From: a virus
Taxonomy: Duplodnaviria > Caudoviricetes
Direction: 5' to 3' (one strand)
IMG/VR virus record: IMGVR_UViG_3300048599_000763
Coordinates: 1-25,637 of that record
DNA: 25,637 nucleotides
The notes beneath the pieces were generated by a model. The model was not told the origin of the DNA. It saw nothing but the letters and a program-made list of their open reading frames with translations, and searched no databases. Both the position numbers and the translations under genes were made by a program. Position 1 is the stretch's first letter. Every line of letters begins with the position of its first letter. Below, one piece after another: positions 23,743 through 25,637 of the stretch.

Positions 23743-24672
23743 TTATAGGGCCGTGCGGCCCCGGTTGATGACCTTCAGGAAGCCGTCAAAGGCTTCGAGG
23801 GCATGGCCCGTGGCATCGGCGAGCCCGAGCGCGACTGCATCGCGACCGCGATAGTCCTGCGCCTCGGTTGCGAGCGCCGCTTCGGCGGTGAACCTGCTGC
23901 CGCGGTAACGTCCGACACTCGCCGCGAAAGTCTGCCGCGCCGCTTCCAGGTCGCCGACGATGCGCTGCGCGACCTCGTCACCGAGGGCCTCGAACGGATT
24001 TCCGGCCATCTTGTGGGCGCCCGCACGCAGCACCGTGACACGGACCCCTTGCTGGTCGAGAGCCTTCGACCAGTCCGTGTGCAACGTCACGACCCCGATC
24101 GAGCCAGCGCGACCATGTTCGGGCATGATGATCTGCCGCGCCGCGGTCGCGAGCAGGTAGCCGGCCGACAGGGCATGGTCCGTGAGAATCGCGAGCGTCG
24201 GCTTTTCCGCAGAGAGTCGGCCGATCATGTCCGCGGTCTCAAAGGCGCCGGCGAGTTCGCCGCCGAAACTGTCGACCTCCAATACCGCGGCCTTGATCGC
24301 TGGGTTGCGCATGGCGCGCATCACCTGCGCCTGCAGGCCTTCGTACGACGTGCGCCCGGACATGGCGCCCACATAGGCACCCTTGTGGACGAGCGTCCCC
24401 TCGACCGGGATCAGGGCGACGCCATCGACCACGTCGAACGGCTGGACGCTGTTGGCGTCGTATCGGCGTCCGGTGCGATCGCCGACACGGCCGGCCGACG
24501 GCCGCCCGTTCTGGAAGGCGACGTGCTCGATGATCTCCCCGGCGCCATCGATGACAACGCCGCCGTCGACGATCCGACCGCCGATGCCGGTAAGTGCAGC
24601 GTCGAGCTTGCCCGGGTGCATCAACAGCGGCGTGTTGAAGACCCGAGCGGCGAGTTCCGGACGCAGAATCAT
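23743..24672 (-). CDS. S49 family prohead maturation protease (lambda gpC-like)
   Basis: Motifs 'IPVEGTL', 'VDSFGGE', catalytic Ser in 'ALSAGYLLA', 'AGSIGV', and Lys in 'AGAHK'. ATGA overlap with the portal gene. Confidence 0.93.
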   Translation of the reverse strand: MILRPELAARVFNTPLLMHPGKLDAALTGIGGRIVDGGVVIDGAGEIIEHVAFQNGRPSAGRVGDRTGRRYDANSVQPFDVVDGVALIPVEGTLVHKGAYVGAMSGRTSYEGLQAQVMRAMRNPAIKAAVLEVDSFGGELAGAFETADMIGRLSAEKPTLAILTDHALSAGYLLATAARQIIMPEHGRAGSIGVVTLHTDWSKALDQQGVRVTVLRAGAHKMAGNPFEALGDEVAQRIVGDLEAARQTFAASVGRYRGSRFTAEAALATEAQDYRGRDAVALGLADATGHALEAFDGFLKVINRGRTAL

Positions 24673-25637
24673 GCGACCTTGTCCCGTTTTGCCGGCCGCG
24701 GATCCTCGTCATCCTCGGACGGCGTCGATTTGCGTTCGGAGTTCGCGTCTGGATCGAGCCCCAGCGCGATCATTTCCTTGCGCTCCCGCGCCCGCTGCTG
24801 GATCGTCTCCAGGTAATCCTCGCCCTGTTCAGCGCATTCGCGCTCCAGGGTGGAGAGGCCTGCCGCCAGGCGCTCGGCGGCTGCGGTCGCCTCCTTGTGA
24901 GGATCGACCCAGCCGCGGCCGGGGCCGATCCACTTGGCCGAGCAATACGCGGCCTTGGCCTGGGCGAAGGCGGGCGCTCCCTTGGGTAATGTGATGGTTC
25001 CGCGGTCGATCGCTTCCTCCAGCCAGCCGGCATAGATCGGCGCCATGAACTGCTGGGCGAAATGCTCCTTGCGGGCGGTAAATCCGCGCCAGACCTCGAG
25101 CAGCGCGGCGCGGGCCGAGGAATAATTGACCTGGCCCCAGTCCATCGACAGTTGCTCGTAGGTCATGCCCATGGCGGCGGCGACGTTGCGCAGGCTCGCG
25201 CGCTCGAACGCTTCAAACACGCTGTTCGGATGGTTCGGCTTGGTCAACGTCACCTTCTCGCCCGGGAACGTGAAGGCGATCTTGGCACCCCCGACATTGA
25301 TCGGTGCCGCCTGGTAGTAGTCGAGCCGCTGCTGCTGGTAGGCCGAGAGTTCCTCGCCACCGCCGAGCGCGGAGGCAAACTGGTCATGATCGAACGGGCT
25401 CTCGACGAACGCCGCCATGACGGCATTGAGCACTGCGGCCTGCAGTTCCGCCTCGTCGTAACGGCCAAGCATGCGCAGCCGCTTGACGATCGGCGCCAGC
25501 ACCGAGACGCCGCGGTACTGACCGGAGCGACCGGGCTCGAAAGCGTGCACCACCATGCGGCGGCCGAAGCTGGTCTCGCGAGGGATCCGCTCCCAGGTCC
25601 AGAACATGGGGTTGAACACATTCTGGTCGCCGGGATG
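24669..25637 (-). CDS. Portal protein, lambda gpB family (5' part outside window)
   Basis: The frame is open to the window edge (HPGD...). Motifs 'GQYRGVS', 'YDEAELQAA', 'YEQLSMDWGQVNYSSARAAL' and 'GWVDPHKE'. Confidence 0.95.
   Translation of the reverse strand, partial: HPGDQNVFNPMFWTWERIPRETSFGRRMVVHAFEPGRSGQYRGVSVLAPIVKRLRMLGRYDEAELQAAVLNAVMAAFVESPFDHDQFASALGGGEELSAYQQQRLDYYQAAPINVGGAKIAFTFPGEKVTLTKPNHPNSVFEAFERASLRNVAAAMGMTYEQLSMDWGQVNYSSARAALLEVWRGFTARKEHFAQQFMAPIYAGWLEEAIDRGTITLPKGAPAFAQAKAAYCSAKWIGPGRGWVDPHKEATAAAERLAAGLSTLERECAEQGEDYLETIQQRARERKEMIALGLDPDANSERKSTPSEDDEDPRPAKRDKVA

Larger units (their letters stand above)
1..25637 (-). mobile_element. Prophage late region (lambda-like head, P2-like contractile tail, lysis cassette); probably extends beyond both window edges
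   Basis: Contiguous co-oriented head, tail and lysis genes in canonical order, with many overlapping ATGA/TGATG junctions. The portal gene is cut by the right edge. No integrase, terminase or att site lies in the window. Confidence 0.97.

Overview
This window is the structural and lysis (late) region of a GC-rich prophage. Its cargo genes point to an alphaproteobacterial host, probably a Bradyrhizobium-like member of the Rhizobiales. Nearly all genes are on the - strand. Read right to left, they form a lambda-like head module (portal, S49 protease, scaffold, decoration protein, major capsid E, head-tail joining protein). A P2-like contractile tail follows (spike V, W/gp25, J, I, a large baseplate/fibre protein, fibre module, sheath, tube, chaperone with a -1 frameshift, tape measure, U, X, D). 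The module ends in a complex lysis cassette (secreted CHAP enzyme, DUF6127-like protein, membrane-tailed GH108 endolysin, two holin-like proteins). Three accessory insertions interrupt the operon. The first is a small Zn-ribbon gene between X and D. The second is an antisense RHH + orphan FixJ-like regulator pair, bracketed by a 195-bp direct repeat of the U/X junction at about 92% identity. The third is a small secreted protein plus a YpfJ-like zinc peptidase whose HExxH motif has become RExxH, located just after the capsid gene. Each insertion is bounded by a repeat of the upstream gene's stop-codon region. All family assignments come from motif recognition and synteny; no database searches were run.
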